Shown in pieces: positions 47,010 through 55,790 of a DNA stretch of 64,000 bases (its first letter is position 1; every line of letters starts with the position of its first letter). Position numbers and translations under genes: made by a program. Location of the stretch: the NCBI GenBank assembly GCA_041690395.1, contig JAWLHJ010000005.1, positions 480,001 through 544,000 of the forward strand, given 5' to 3'. The DNA comes from Longimicrobiales bacterium. GTDB taxonomy: Bacteria; Gemmatimonadota; Gemmatimonadetes; Longimicrobiales; Gaopeijiaceae. Below the pieces are notes generated by a model. It had not been told where the DNA came from and made no database searches. It saw nothing but the letters and a program-made list of their open reading frames with translations.

Positions 47010-47888
47010 CTACCGGAGCGCCTGCTCGAGCGCCGTCGCCGCGTCCGTCTTGTCGTCGCGGTACTTCACGATCATGGGCGCGTAGAGCGAGAGCCCCTGC
47101 GCCTTCCCCCAGGCGTTCGTAGCAGGACGGGCGCCCGGGACGACGACGGCGCCATCGGGAATGCTGAGCGGACCTTCCGGACCGGCGCGGTAAACCGTCT
47201 CCCGCACGAGATCGTACACGGCGGTCGACGCCGTCAGCTGCACGCCGGGTGCGATGACCGCGCGGCGTCCGACGAGCGTCCCCTCGAAGATGCCGGTGTT
47301 CCCGCCCACCATGGCGTCGTCCTCGATGACGACCGGACGGAGCCCCACCGGCTCGAGCACGCCGCCGAGCTGGGCGCCGGCGGAGAGATGCACGCGCTTA
47401 CCCACCTGCGCGCACGAGCCGACCAGCGCGTGGGAGTCGATCATGGCGCCCTCGTCCACGTAGGCGCCGATGTTCACGTACGCGGGCGGCATGATGACCA
47501 CGCCGGGCGCGAGATACGCGCCGGCCCGGACCGTCGAGCCGCCCGGTACGATGCGGACGTTCTCGGCCGGGCCGTCCGTGTCGCGGAGGGGAAGGGTGTC
47601 CCGGTCGAAGAAGCGGACGGTCGAGCCACCGAAGTCGGGATTCTCGGCGGCCGGGTGTGCGATGAACTCCTTCGTGGATCCGGAGCGGAAAGCGAGCAGG
47701 ATGCCCGACTTCACCCAGGGCACCGCCTGCCAGCCGTCCGGCCCGGGCTCGGCGGCCCGGACCTCGCCGCGTCCGAGGGCATCGAGGAGGTCGGCGACGG
47801 CGGCGCGGGCCTCGTCGCGGTCGGGCGTCGCGCCCGGGGCGGTGAGCGTCTCGATACGGCCACGCAGCGCGTCGGTGGCGGCGCTCAT
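47010..47888 (-). CDS. dapD: Tetrahydrodipicolinate N-succinyltransferase
   Basis: WVKSGILLAFR, RIVPGG, YVNIGAYVDEG, VGSCAQVGKRVHLSAG, GGVLEP hexapeptide region. Confidence 0.93.
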   Translation of the reverse strand: MSAATDALRGRIETLTAPGATPDRDEARAAVADLLDALGRGEVRAAEPGPDGWQAVPWVKSGILLAFRSGSTKEFIAHPAAENPDFGGSTVRFFDRDTLPLRDTDGPAENVRIVPGGSTVRAGAYLAPGVVIMPPAYVNIGAYVDEGAMIDSHALVGSCAQVGKRVHLSAGAQLGGVLEPVGLRPVVIEDDAMVGGNTGIFEGTLVGRRAVIAPGVQLTASTAVYDLVRETVYRAGPEGPLSIPDGAVVVPGARPATNAWGKAQGLSLYAPMIVKYRDDKTDAATALEQALR

Positions 47889-48793
47889 CGGGCGTCTCCG
47901 TCGAACCGGGAGATGCCGGCGGTGGCGAGGGCCTCCTCGAGCTGGGCACGCGCGCCCTTCGAGAGCGGCACGAGCGGGGCGCGGAAGCGGGCCGGGGGGC
48001 CGCCGAGTATCTCGACGGCGGTCTTCACGGGAATGGGGTTGGTTTCCACGAAGTTGCAGCGCATGAGATCCAGGAGTCGGTAGTGCAGGGAGCGGGCCGC
48101 GGCGAAGTCGCCGTCCAGCGCCGCATGAACCAGGGCCGTAGTCTCGGCCGGCGCCTCGTTCGCGCACACCGAGATCAGGCCGTCCGCCCCGAGGGCGATC
48201 ATGGGAAGCGTGAGCTCGTCGTCTCCGGAGAGGACGAGAAAATCGTCCGGCCGCTCGTGGAGTAGCGTTCCGATCTGATCGAGGTCGCCGCACGCCTCCT
48301 TGATGGCGACCACGTTCGGGAGGGCCGCCAGCCGGATGGCCGTCGCGGGAAGGACGTTCGACGCCGTCCGGCCCGGCACGTTGTACAGCACCACCGGAAG
48401 GTCCGCCGCGGCGGCCACGGCCTCGAAGTGGCGGAAGAGCCCCTCCTGCGGCGGCTTGTTGTAGTAGGGCGCGACGGACAGGATCCCGTCCGCTCCGGCC
48501 TTCGCGGCCGCCTTGGCCCGCGCGACCGCCTCGGCGGTGGCGTTCGCGCCCGCTCCCGCGAGCACCTTCACCCGGCCGTTCGCCACGGACACGGCGGCCC
48601 GGATGACCTCCGCCTGCTCGTCGGCCGTCATGGTGGCACTCTCGCCCGTGGTGCCGCACGGCACCAGGTAGTCGACACCGCCGGCGATCATTCGCTCGGC
48701 GTGCTGCGCGTAGGCGTCGAGGTCGAGGCTCCCGTCGGCCTCGAAGGGGGTGACCAGGGCCACGCCCACGCCACCGAATCGCTCACTCCTCAT
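47885..48793 (-). CDS. dapA: 4-hydroxy-tetrahydrodipicolinate synthase
   Basis: ALVTPF, GTTGES, PYYNKP, LYNVPGRT, IKEA (Schiff-base Lys), ETNPIPVK. Confidence 0.95.
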   Translation of the reverse strand: MRSERFGGVGVALVTPFEADGSLDLDAYAQHAERMIAGGVDYLVPCGTTGESATMTADEQAEVIRAAVSVANGRVKVLAGAGANATAEAVARAKAAAKAGADGILSVAPYYNKPPQEGLFRHFEAVAAAADLPVVLYNVPGRTASNVLPATAIRLAALPNVVAIKEACGDLDQIGTLLHERPDDFLVLSGDDELTLPMIALGADGLISVCANEAPAETTALVHAALDGDFAAARSLHYRLLDLMRCNFVETNPIPVKTAVEILGGPPARFRAPLVPLSKGARAQLEEALATAGISRFDGDAR

Positions 48794-48809
48794 CTTGCTG
48801 CTCCCGTGT

Positions 48810-49580
48810 TCAGTCGTGTTGATCCGTCGCGCCCGTCCGCTCGTCGTCCAGAATCCGGTCCATGACGTCCGCGAACGTGAACACGCCGGCCTTCCCATGG
48901 ATCCACTCGGCGGCCCGGACCGCGCCCGAGGCGAAGCCGTCCCGCCCGTGCGCGTTGTGCGTCAGCTCGATCCCGTCGTGGGGGCCCTCGAAGCCGATGG
49001 TGTGCGTGCCCGGGATCTCCCCGGCGCGCGTGCTCGTCACGTAGAGCGTGCCCTCGTCGGCAGGCCCGTCGGGCGCACCCGCGGCCCAACGCGCCTTGTC
49101 GCCCAGCTCCTCCACGAGGAGGTCCGCCAGCCGCCACGCGGTTCCGCTCGGGTGATCACGCTTGTGCCGGTGGTGCGCCTCGTGGATGTGCGCGTCGTAG
49201 CCGCCGACCCGGTCCATGAGCCTCGCGGCATCCCGGGACATACGGAAGAAGAGGTGCACTCCGATGGAGAAGTTGGGGCCGTGCACGATACCGATGCCTT
49301 CGGCCGCGCGCATGGCCTCGTGGGTCTCGTCGCCGAGCCCTGTCGTCCCGGTGGCGAGGTCGGTGCCGGCGAGGGCCGCCGCTCGCACGATCTTGGGCAC
49401 CAGTGACCCCACCGTGAAGTCGATGGCCGCGTCGGCCGCCTCGAGCCGCCGGGCGAGCTCTTCCGGGCCGCCTTCCAGCGCGTCCCGGCCCAGCCGCGCC
49501 ACGATCTCGTGGCCGCGCGCCTCTGCTTGCGTCTCCACGGCCCGGCCCATCCGGCCGTATCCCACCAGGGCGATCTTCAT
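48810..49580 (-). CDS. dapB: 4-hydroxy-tetrahydrodipicolinate reductase
   Basis: GYGRMG, GTTG, NFSIGV, EAHHRHKRDHPSGTA. Confidence 0.93.
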   Translation of the reverse strand: MKIALVGYGRMGRAVETQAEARGHEIVARLGRDALEGGPEELARRLEAADAAIDFTVGSLVPKIVRAAALAGTDLATGTTGLGDETHEAMRAAEGIGIVHGPNFSIGVHLFFRMSRDAARLMDRVGGYDAHIHEAHHRHKRDHPSGTAWRLADLLVEELGDKARWAAGAPDGPADEGTLYVTSTRAGEIPGTHTIGFEGPHDGIELTHNAHGRDGFASGAVRAAEWIHGKAGVFTFADVMDRILDDERTGATDQHD

Positions 49581-49602
49581 GGCTTCGTCCTCGTCGTATG
49601 CG

Positions 49603-50997
49603 TCATGCGTTCGTTTCCGAGCGGGTCCTCTCCGGGGCGATCAGCGCGTCGTGCAGCTTCCGGGTCAGCCCGTCGGCGTCCCCGGCATCGACGACCAGAC
49701 TCAAGCTCACGTCCGAGGCCTGGGACACCAGGTGGACCCGCGTGGTGCCCACCGCGGCGAACACCTGGCCGTCGACGCCCGGCTCGGCCATCAGTCCGCG
49801 GCCGACCACGGTGATGGTCGCGAGCTCACGCCGGACATCCACGTCGGCGAACGTGCCGAGCTCCGCCTCGACCTCGGACAGGTGCGCCCGGTCGTCGATG
49901 GTGAACGCGGTCGACGAGTGGCTGGTGGCGACGAGGTCTACCTCTAGCCTGTGCCGCCCGAGCACGCCGAAGACGCGCGCCAGGAATCCGTACGGGAGCG
50001 CCACCGGGTGCGACCGAACCTTGATGAGCGCCACGCCCCGCTTGGCCGTGATCGCGGCGATCTCCGAGGCGCCACGCGCGTCGTGCAGCACGCGCGTCCC
50101 CGGATGCTCCGGGTGGAAGGTATCACGGATGCGCAGGGGCGCACCCTCGGCGACGGCCCACTTCGCGGCCACCGGATGGATGACGCGCGCGCCCGCCCAG
50201 GCGAGCTCGACCAGCTCCTCGAAGCCGATCTCGGGCAGGAGCCGCGGGGCGTCGACCTGCCGAGGATCCCCGGAGAGAACGCCCTGGACATCGGTCCAGA
50301 TGTGCACGGTCCCGGCGTCGAGCGCCCCGCCCAGAATCGCGGCGGAGAAGTCCGAGCCGCCCCGGCCCAGCGTGGTCGTGTGACCGTCCGGGGTCGCGCC
50401 GACGAAGCCCTGGAGGACGGCCACGGTGCCCTCGCGGAGCACCGGTAGCAGGCGGGTGGCGCAGGCCTCGCGGGTGGCGGCGCGGTCCGGCACGGCCCGC
50501 CCGAAGCGCGCATCCGTGACGACGACGCTCCGGCTGTCGATCGCCGCGGCCGCGAGGTCGCGGGCCTCGAGCGCCGCCAGGAGGAGGCGTTGCGACAGGT
50601 CCTCCCCGGTCGACAGGATCGCGTCGGCGCGCATGCGTCCGGTGAGCCCGGTCTGGCCGGTCGCGTCTGCGACGAGCCGCTCGACGCGGGCCTCGATGTC
50701 GCGCCGCGCCCGCTCGTGCGCGGCGCCGGCGGCCCGGCCGCTCGGGCGAAGCGCGTCCAGTGCGGCCAGATGCCGCTCCGACAGCGTGCCCGCCACCTCG
50801 TCGACCGCCGCTCGGGTCGAGGTCTCGGCCAGAGCGAGCCCCTGCAGCAGGTCGGTCACCCCGGCCATCGCCGAGACCACCACCGCCAGCGGGCGGGGGC
50901 CCTCGACCACGAGGTCCGCCACGTGAGCGATCCGTGCGCCGTCGCCCAGCGACGTCCCTCCGAACTTGTAGACGACGGGCGCCGGCCCGCTGGTCAC
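49603..50997 (-). CDS. lysC: Aspartate kinase (monofunctional)
   Basis: KFGGTS, VVSAMAGVTD, TTLGRGGSDFSA, WTDVQG, two ACT domains. Confidence 0.92.
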   Translation of the reverse strand: MTSGPAPVVYKFGGTSLGDGARIAHVADLVVEGPRPLAVVVSAMAGVTDLLQGLALAETSTRAAVDEVAGTLSERHLAALDALRPSGRAAGAAHERARRDIEARVERLVADATGQTGLTGRMRADAILSTGEDLSQRLLLAALEARDLAAAAIDSRSVVVTDARFGRAVPDRAATREACATRLLPVLREGTVAVLQGFVGATPDGHTTTLGRGGSDFSAAILGGALDAGTVHIWTDVQGVLSGDPRQVDAPRLLPEIGFEELVELAWAGARVIHPVAAKWAVAEGAPLRIRDTFHPEHPGTRVLHDARGASEIAAITAKRGVALIKVRSHPVALPYGFLARVFGVLGRHRLEVDLVATSHSSTAFTIDDRAHLSEVEAELGTFADVDVRRELATITVVGRGLMAEPGVDGQVFAAVGTTRVHLVSQASDVSLSLVVDAGDADGLTRKLHDALIAPERTRSETNA

Positions 50998-52073
50998 GAC
51001 CGGTTCCCGGCCACCGCTTCGACGAGACCCTTCACCCGGCAGAGCTCCGCGTTCAGGACGGCCGCGCCGGCCGCGCCCCGGTCCAGGTTGTGGGCCAGCG
51101 CCATGAACGAGAGCCCGAGCGCCGAGCAGGAGCGCACGCGACCGACGGTGACCGTCATCCCTCGGCCCGCATCACGGTCGAGGCGCGGCTGCGGCCGGGT
51201 CGGATCGTCGGTCACGTCGATCAGCCGCTCCGGCGAGGACGGAAGGCCCAGCTCCGCGGTCTTGCCTCGGTACGCCCGGAACACCCGCAGCGCCTCGTCC
51301 GGATCGACGTCCCGGCCGAGCTGGACCGACACCGACACCAGGTGTCCGTGCAGCACGTTCACTCGCGTGGCGGTCACCCCGATCCGGAACGGCGCCTCGC
51401 GGAGCGCGCCGCCTTCGACGCTCCCGAGGATCTTGGTCGGCTCGTAGGCGACCTTCTCCTCTTCGCCCGGGATGAACGGGATCACGTTGTCGACCAGGTC
51501 GAAGGCCGGGGGGCCGGGCTTGCCCGCGCCGGAGATGGCCTGGAAGGTCGTGGCGACCGCACGCTCGATGCCGAACGCCTCGTGGAGCGGGGCGAGCGCC
51601 GTGGCGAGCCCCGTGACCACGCAGTTCGGGTTGGTCACGATGGCGCCGGGCCAGCGGGACTTCTGACGCTCGATGAGGGCGAGATGGTCCGCGTTGAGCT
51701 CGGGGATGACGAGCGGGACGTCGGGATCCTGCCGGAAGGTCGACGCGTTGCTGACGACCAGATGACCGGCGCGGGCGAGCTCCGGCTCGACCTCCTTCGC
51801 GACGGACGAGGGCAGCGCGGACAGCACCAGCGGCGACGACCAGCGTCCCGAGAGGCTCCGCACCTCGAGGTCGGCCACGCTGTCGGGAAGGTCTCCGGCC
51901 TCGCCCGCGAGCAGGTCTCCCAGGCGGCCTCCGGCCGAGCGCTCCGACGCCCCGACCTCCGCGATCTCGAACCAGGGATGGCGGGCGAGCATGCCCACCA
52001 GGCGGGCCCCGACGGTGCCCGTCGTCCCGAGAATGCCTACCGGTATCCGCTCGCTCAAGATCGTCTCCAACAT
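50994..52073 (-). CDS. asd: Aspartate-semialdehyde dehydrogenase
   Basis: GILGTTGTVG, IVTNPNC (catalytic Cys), QAISGAG, DNVIPFIPGEEEK, HNLDRGAAGAAVLNAE. Confidence 0.93.
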   Translation of the reverse strand: MLETILSERIPVGILGTTGTVGARLVGMLARHPWFEIAEVGASERSAGGRLGDLLAGEAGDLPDSVADLEVRSLSGRWSSPLVLSALPSSVAKEVEPELARAGHLVVSNASTFRQDPDVPLVIPELNADHLALIERQKSRWPGAIVTNPNCVVTGLATALAPLHEAFGIERAVATTFQAISGAGKPGPPAFDLVDNVIPFIPGEEEKVAYEPTKILGSVEGGALREAPFRIGVTATRVNVLHGHLVSVSVQLGRDVDPDEALRVFRAYRGKTAELGLPSSPERLIDVTDDPTRPQPRLDRDAGRGMTVTVGRVRSCSALGLSFMALAHNLDRGAAGAAVLNAELCRVKGLVEAVAGNRS

Positions 52074-52275
52074 GGCTCTGGCGCTTGGTTTTCCTCGTCG
52101 CTCGAATCTCGCATCCGGGCCGGCGAGTCCCAAGCCCCCAGCCCGCGCCGGATGCCGCTTCCTTGCTACGACCGCATCCGCGACGCCATCGTTGCGGGAA
52201 CCGGGCCCGGAGCCGCCAGACGCGCCGGGGCCGTGATCCGAACCGTTTCTCGAGACACTTTCAGGACATGCCGGA

Positions 52276-53433
52276 ATGAAGCGATCGACGCTGTTCGCCG
52301 CCCTGACGCTCGCCCTGCTTCCCTCGCTCGCGCACGCCCAGGAAGACCCGCACGTGGAGCGGGCGCTCCGGGTGCTCTCGTCTACGCCGCTCATCGACGG
52401 ACACAACGACCTTCCCTGGGCCATCCGGCAGAGCGACCTCGCGCCGCACGACGTCCATCACGAGGCGCACGACCTGCGGACGCGGACGCCCTTCCATACC
52501 GACATCGAGCGGCTGCGCGAGGGCCGGGTGGGGGCCCAGTACTGGTCCGTCTACATCCCCTTCGGGGCGACGGAGGACGGCGCCGCCATGACCCAGCTCG
52601 AGCAGATCGACATCGCGCTGGAGATCATCGATACGTATCCCGACGTGTTCGATCTGGCCCTCGACGCGTCCGACGTGGAGCGCATCTTCGGCGAAGGCCG
52701 CATCGCGTCGATCCTGGGGATGGAGGGTGGGCACGCCATCGAGAACTCGCTCGGCGCGCTACGCGCGTTCCATGCGCTCGGCGTCCGGTACATGACGCTG
52801 ACCCACAACGGCACGATCGACTGGGCGGACTCGGCGGCGGATACGGCGCGCCACGGCGGCCTCACCGACTTCGGGCGGGAGGTCGTACGCGAGATGAACC
52901 GGCTCGGCATGCTCGTCGATCTCTCGCACACCTCGCCGGCCACGATGAACGACGCCTTGGATGTGTCGGAAGCGCCGGTGATCTGGTCGCACGCGGCGGC
53001 GTACGGCATGCGCGAGCACACCCGTAACGTCCCCGACCAGGTCCTCCAGAGGCTCCCGGAGAACGGCGGGGTCGTGATGGTGACCTTCGTGCCGTCGTTC
53101 GTGTCGGCCGAGGAGGAAGCGACGCTGTCGGACGTGGCCGACCACATCGATCACGTGGCGAACCTCGCGGGGATCGACCACGTCGGGATCGGCTCCGACT
53201 TCGACGGGATCGACAGCACCCCCGTCGGACTCGAGGACGTCTCGACCTTCCCGGACCTGTTCGCGGAGCTGTCCCGCCGTGGATGGACCGACGAGGAGCT
53301 CGCCAAGCTGGCGGGCGACAACATGCTGCGGGTCATGCGGGAAGCCGAAGCGGTCGCCCGCCGGCTGCAGCGCGAGGGTCCGCCGTCGATGGCGACGATC
53401 GAGACGTTGGACGGCGCGTCAGGCGGGGGCTGA
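52276..53433 (+). CDS. M19 membrane/renal dipeptidase family, secreted
   Basis: DGHNDLPW, GMEGGH, YMTLTHN, DLSH, IGSDFDG; signal peptide ending AHAQ. Confidence 0.92.
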   Translation: MKRSTLFAALTLALLPSLAHAQEDPHVERALRVLSSTPLIDGHNDLPWAIRQSDLAPHDVHHEAHDLRTRTPFHTDIERLREGRVGAQYWSVYIPFGATEDGAAMTQLEQIDIALEIIDTYPDVFDLALDASDVERIFGEGRIASILGMEGGHAIENSLGALRAFHALGVRYMTLTHNGTIDWADSAADTARHGGLTDFGREVVREMNRLGMLVDLSHTSPATMNDALDVSEAPVIWSHAAAYGMREHTRNVPDQVLQRLPENGGVVMVTFVPSFVSAEEEATLSDVADHIDHVANLAGIDHVGIGSDFDGIDSTPVGLEDVSTFPDLFAELSRRGWTDEELAKLAGDNMLRVMREAEAVARRLQREGPPSMATIETLDGASGGG

Positions 53434-53856
53434 GCGAACGTCGAGGACCAGCTCCTCCTCACCCCGGAAGGCGATCAACAGCAGGCATCCCGCGAAGACC
53501 GTCAGGGACGGGAAGAAGAGCGCGTTCGTGCCCTCGAGGAAGTGCCCGAACGGATCGACGATCGAGCGCCACACGCCGAGCATGCTGCCGGTGTTGATCA
53601 GCAGCACCACCGGATCGGCCCACCGACGCTGGAATCCTGCGATGTAGGCCACTGCGACCAGCATCTGGAGTCCCCCGAGCACCGGCAACACGGCCGGATG
53701 GCTCAGAAGGCCCAGGTAGAATGCCTCCGATACCTGAACGGCGTGCTCGACGTTCGTGATCTTGTCGAGCCCCCACCAGAAGACGAGCAGGCCGATCGAG
53801 AGGCGGAGGAGAGTTCCCGGACCCCGCACGACGTCGTGTGGGGTCCGGTGCCTCAA
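53419..53856 (-). CDS. DoxX-like membrane protein; start uncertain
   Basis: LLRLSIGLLVFWWGLDKI followed by about three more TM helices; possible TTG start overlapping the upstream stop. Confidence 0.6.
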   Translation of the reverse strand: MRHRTPHDVVRGPGTLLRLSIGLLVFWWGLDKITNVEHAVQVSEAFYLGLLSHPAVLPVLGGLQMLVAVAYIAGFQRRWADPVVLLINTGSMLGVWRSIVDPFGHFLEGTNALFFPSLTVFAGCLLLIAFRGEEELVLDVRSAPA

Positions 53857-55265
53857 CCCCCGTGCTTCGCCGCGATCTCCTCGAGCCCGGCCTGGATCTC
53901 CTGCTCGGCCAGCCACCGTCCGCGTACCATGACGCCCGCGCGGTCGGAGAGGTTCTCCAGGTCGTCGAGGGGATTCGACTCCAGGAGGAGCAGGTCGGCG
54001 CGCTGACCCGGGGCCACGGCTCCGAACGCGCCGTCGAGTCCGAGGTGCTCACGCACGTACCGGCCCACCGCGACCGTCCCGCTCTCGAGGATCTGGTGAG
54101 GGGTCATCCCCGACTCGGCCATGACGGCGATCTCACGGTGCAGCGCGAACCCCGGCACGTTGTACAGCTGCGGCGAATCGGTGCCCATTAGGATGCCGGC
54201 GCCCGCGTCGGCCAGCGACTTCAGGATCCCGTTCCGGAGATCGAAGAAGGCGCGCAGGGCTTCCGGCGAGCCCTGGGGGCCGCCCGATCCCTGTTGGCGC
54301 CACGCCTCCTTCTGCGCCTCCGAGACGTAGCGCATCTCGGGGAGCGAGAGGAACGCATCGGGATCGGCGCCGCGGTAGAGGTTTTCCCAGAGATACATCG
54401 TCGGGACCACGAACGCGTCCTCCTCCACGGTCAGCGAGACGACCTCCCGGATGCGCTCCGGGTCCACACCGGCCGCGAGCCCTTCGAGATCGATGGCCCC
54501 AGCGTTGATCTGCTCCTGCACGTCGTCCGAGGCGACGGCCTGTACGTAGCCGTCGAGGTGGTCGACGGTGGACATCCCCGTGCGTAGCGCGTGCTCGAGG
54601 CCGACATCCGCGGGGACGTGCCCGCCGAACGTGAGCCCCACCTCCGCGGCGACGTCCGCCATGCGGTTCCACGCGGCCAGCGACACGCCCGGATGGATCT
54701 TCTGGAGGTGGTAGCCGGCCTCAGCGTGACGCCGGACCAGCTCCTCGGCCGCCTCGGGCGTCGGCGCCGTATTCCCGTTGATCGAGGGCGCGCCCACGAA
54801 GAACGTCGGGCCGAGCACGTCGCCGCGCTCGATCTCGGCCGCGAGCGGGAGCTGATAGTCCGAGCCCAGCATGCCGCGGATGGTCGTGATTCCGTTGGCG
54901 ACGTAGAGGAAGAGGATGTCCTCGACCTGATCCCGCGGAGGGTCGGCGCCCGGCGGGACGTGAGCGTGCATCTCGGCGAGCCCCGGCATGAGGAAGCGCC
55001 CCTCTCCGGCTATGACCGTCGCGCCCTCGCCAACGACGATCTCGTCCGTCGGGCCCATCTCGCGGATCACGTCGTCGACCACGATCACGGTCTGGTTCGG
55101 GACCACCCCCTGACGATCCATGGGAATCACGGAGACGTCCACGAACGCCGTCGTCCCCGGCTCGGCGACCGGGGGTGCCTGACACGCTGCCCCGCCCAGA
55201 ACCGCCACGGCCAGGATCGCCGCCCTGGTCCTCACGCTCGAATCGCTCCCCATCGTCATCATCAT
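53853..55265 (-). CDS. Metal-dependent amidohydrolase family lipoprotein
   Basis: MPGLAEMHAH, GITTIR, GHVP, TVDHLDG, GTDSP, ADLLLLESNPLDD; lipobox GAAC. Confidence 0.88.
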   Translation of the reverse strand: MMMTMGSDSSVRTRAAILAVAVLGGAACQAPPVAEPGTTAFVDVSVIPMDRQGVVPNQTVIVVDDVIREMGPTDEIVVGEGATVIAGEGRFLMPGLAEMHAHVPPGADPPRDQVEDILFLYVANGITTIRGMLGSDYQLPLAAEIERGDVLGPTFFVGAPSINGNTAPTPEAAEELVRRHAEAGYHLQKIHPGVSLAAWNRMADVAAEVGLTFGGHVPADVGLEHALRTGMSTVDHLDGYVQAVASDDVQEQINAGAIDLEGLAAGVDPERIREVVSLTVEEDAFVVPTMYLWENLYRGADPDAFLSLPEMRYVSEAQKEAWRQQGSGGPQGSPEALRAFFDLRNGILKSLADAGAGILMGTDSPQLYNVPGFALHREIAVMAESGMTPHQILESGTVAVGRYVREHLGLDGAFGAVAPGQRADLLLLESNPLDDLENLSDRAGVMVRGRWLAEQEIQAGLEEIAAKHGG

Positions 55266-55279
55266 CCTCCCTCCTCGGG

Positions 55280-55642
55280 TCATGAGCTCAACCACGCCTT
55301 CGCTTCGCTGTGGGACACGCACGTGCCCACCTGGACGCCGACGGCCTGCGCGAACGGCCCCTCCGCGGCGAACAGGTCGGAGAACTGGCTCGAGACGACC
55401 ACGGCCAGGCGAGCTATCTGGTCGCGGTGGGCCGCCAGGGCCGCGCCCTCGGCCGCCAGCGACTCCGGGGACTTGTGGTCCAGGCCCGCCGCGCCGCTGA
55501 GGTCGAGCAGGACGGGGCCCGGGCCCGGGTGCTCGTGGTCGCCGAAGGCCCGGGCGCCGACACGCGCCAGCTCCCCGGGCGTGTAATCGCCGTCGGCGGT
55601 GAGCACCAGAATATCGTTCTTCACTCGCGAGAAGACGGGCAT
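55280..55642 (-). CDS. STAS/SEC14 (SpoIIAA-like) small protein
   Basis: ILVLTADG...VLLDLS...RLAVVV...EAKAWL pattern; GGAG RBS upstream. Confidence 0.6.
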   Translation of the reverse strand: MPVFSRVKNDILVLTADGDYTPGELARVGARAFGDHEHPGPGPVLLDLSGAAGLDHKSPESLAAEGAALAAHRDQIARLAVVVSSQFSDLFAAEGPFAQAVGVQVGTCVSHSEAKAWLSS

Positions 55643-55790
55643 CTCGGAGGTCTTCTCCTGTTCACGGATGCTGGTCGGCGCGCGGTCCGCGCCGGCTCGA
55701 TCGCCAAGATGACGGGCGGGCCGAGGGGCAGCAAGCGGCCCGATGATCTGCTAGATTTGCATCTACTGAACGCCCCATCGGGAGGTAACG

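Noticed and set aside
52074..52275. Lysine riboswitch upstream of asd (or upstream of lysAC at 33658-33779)
   Set aside because: No recognisable L-box motifs; both are short divergent promoter regions.
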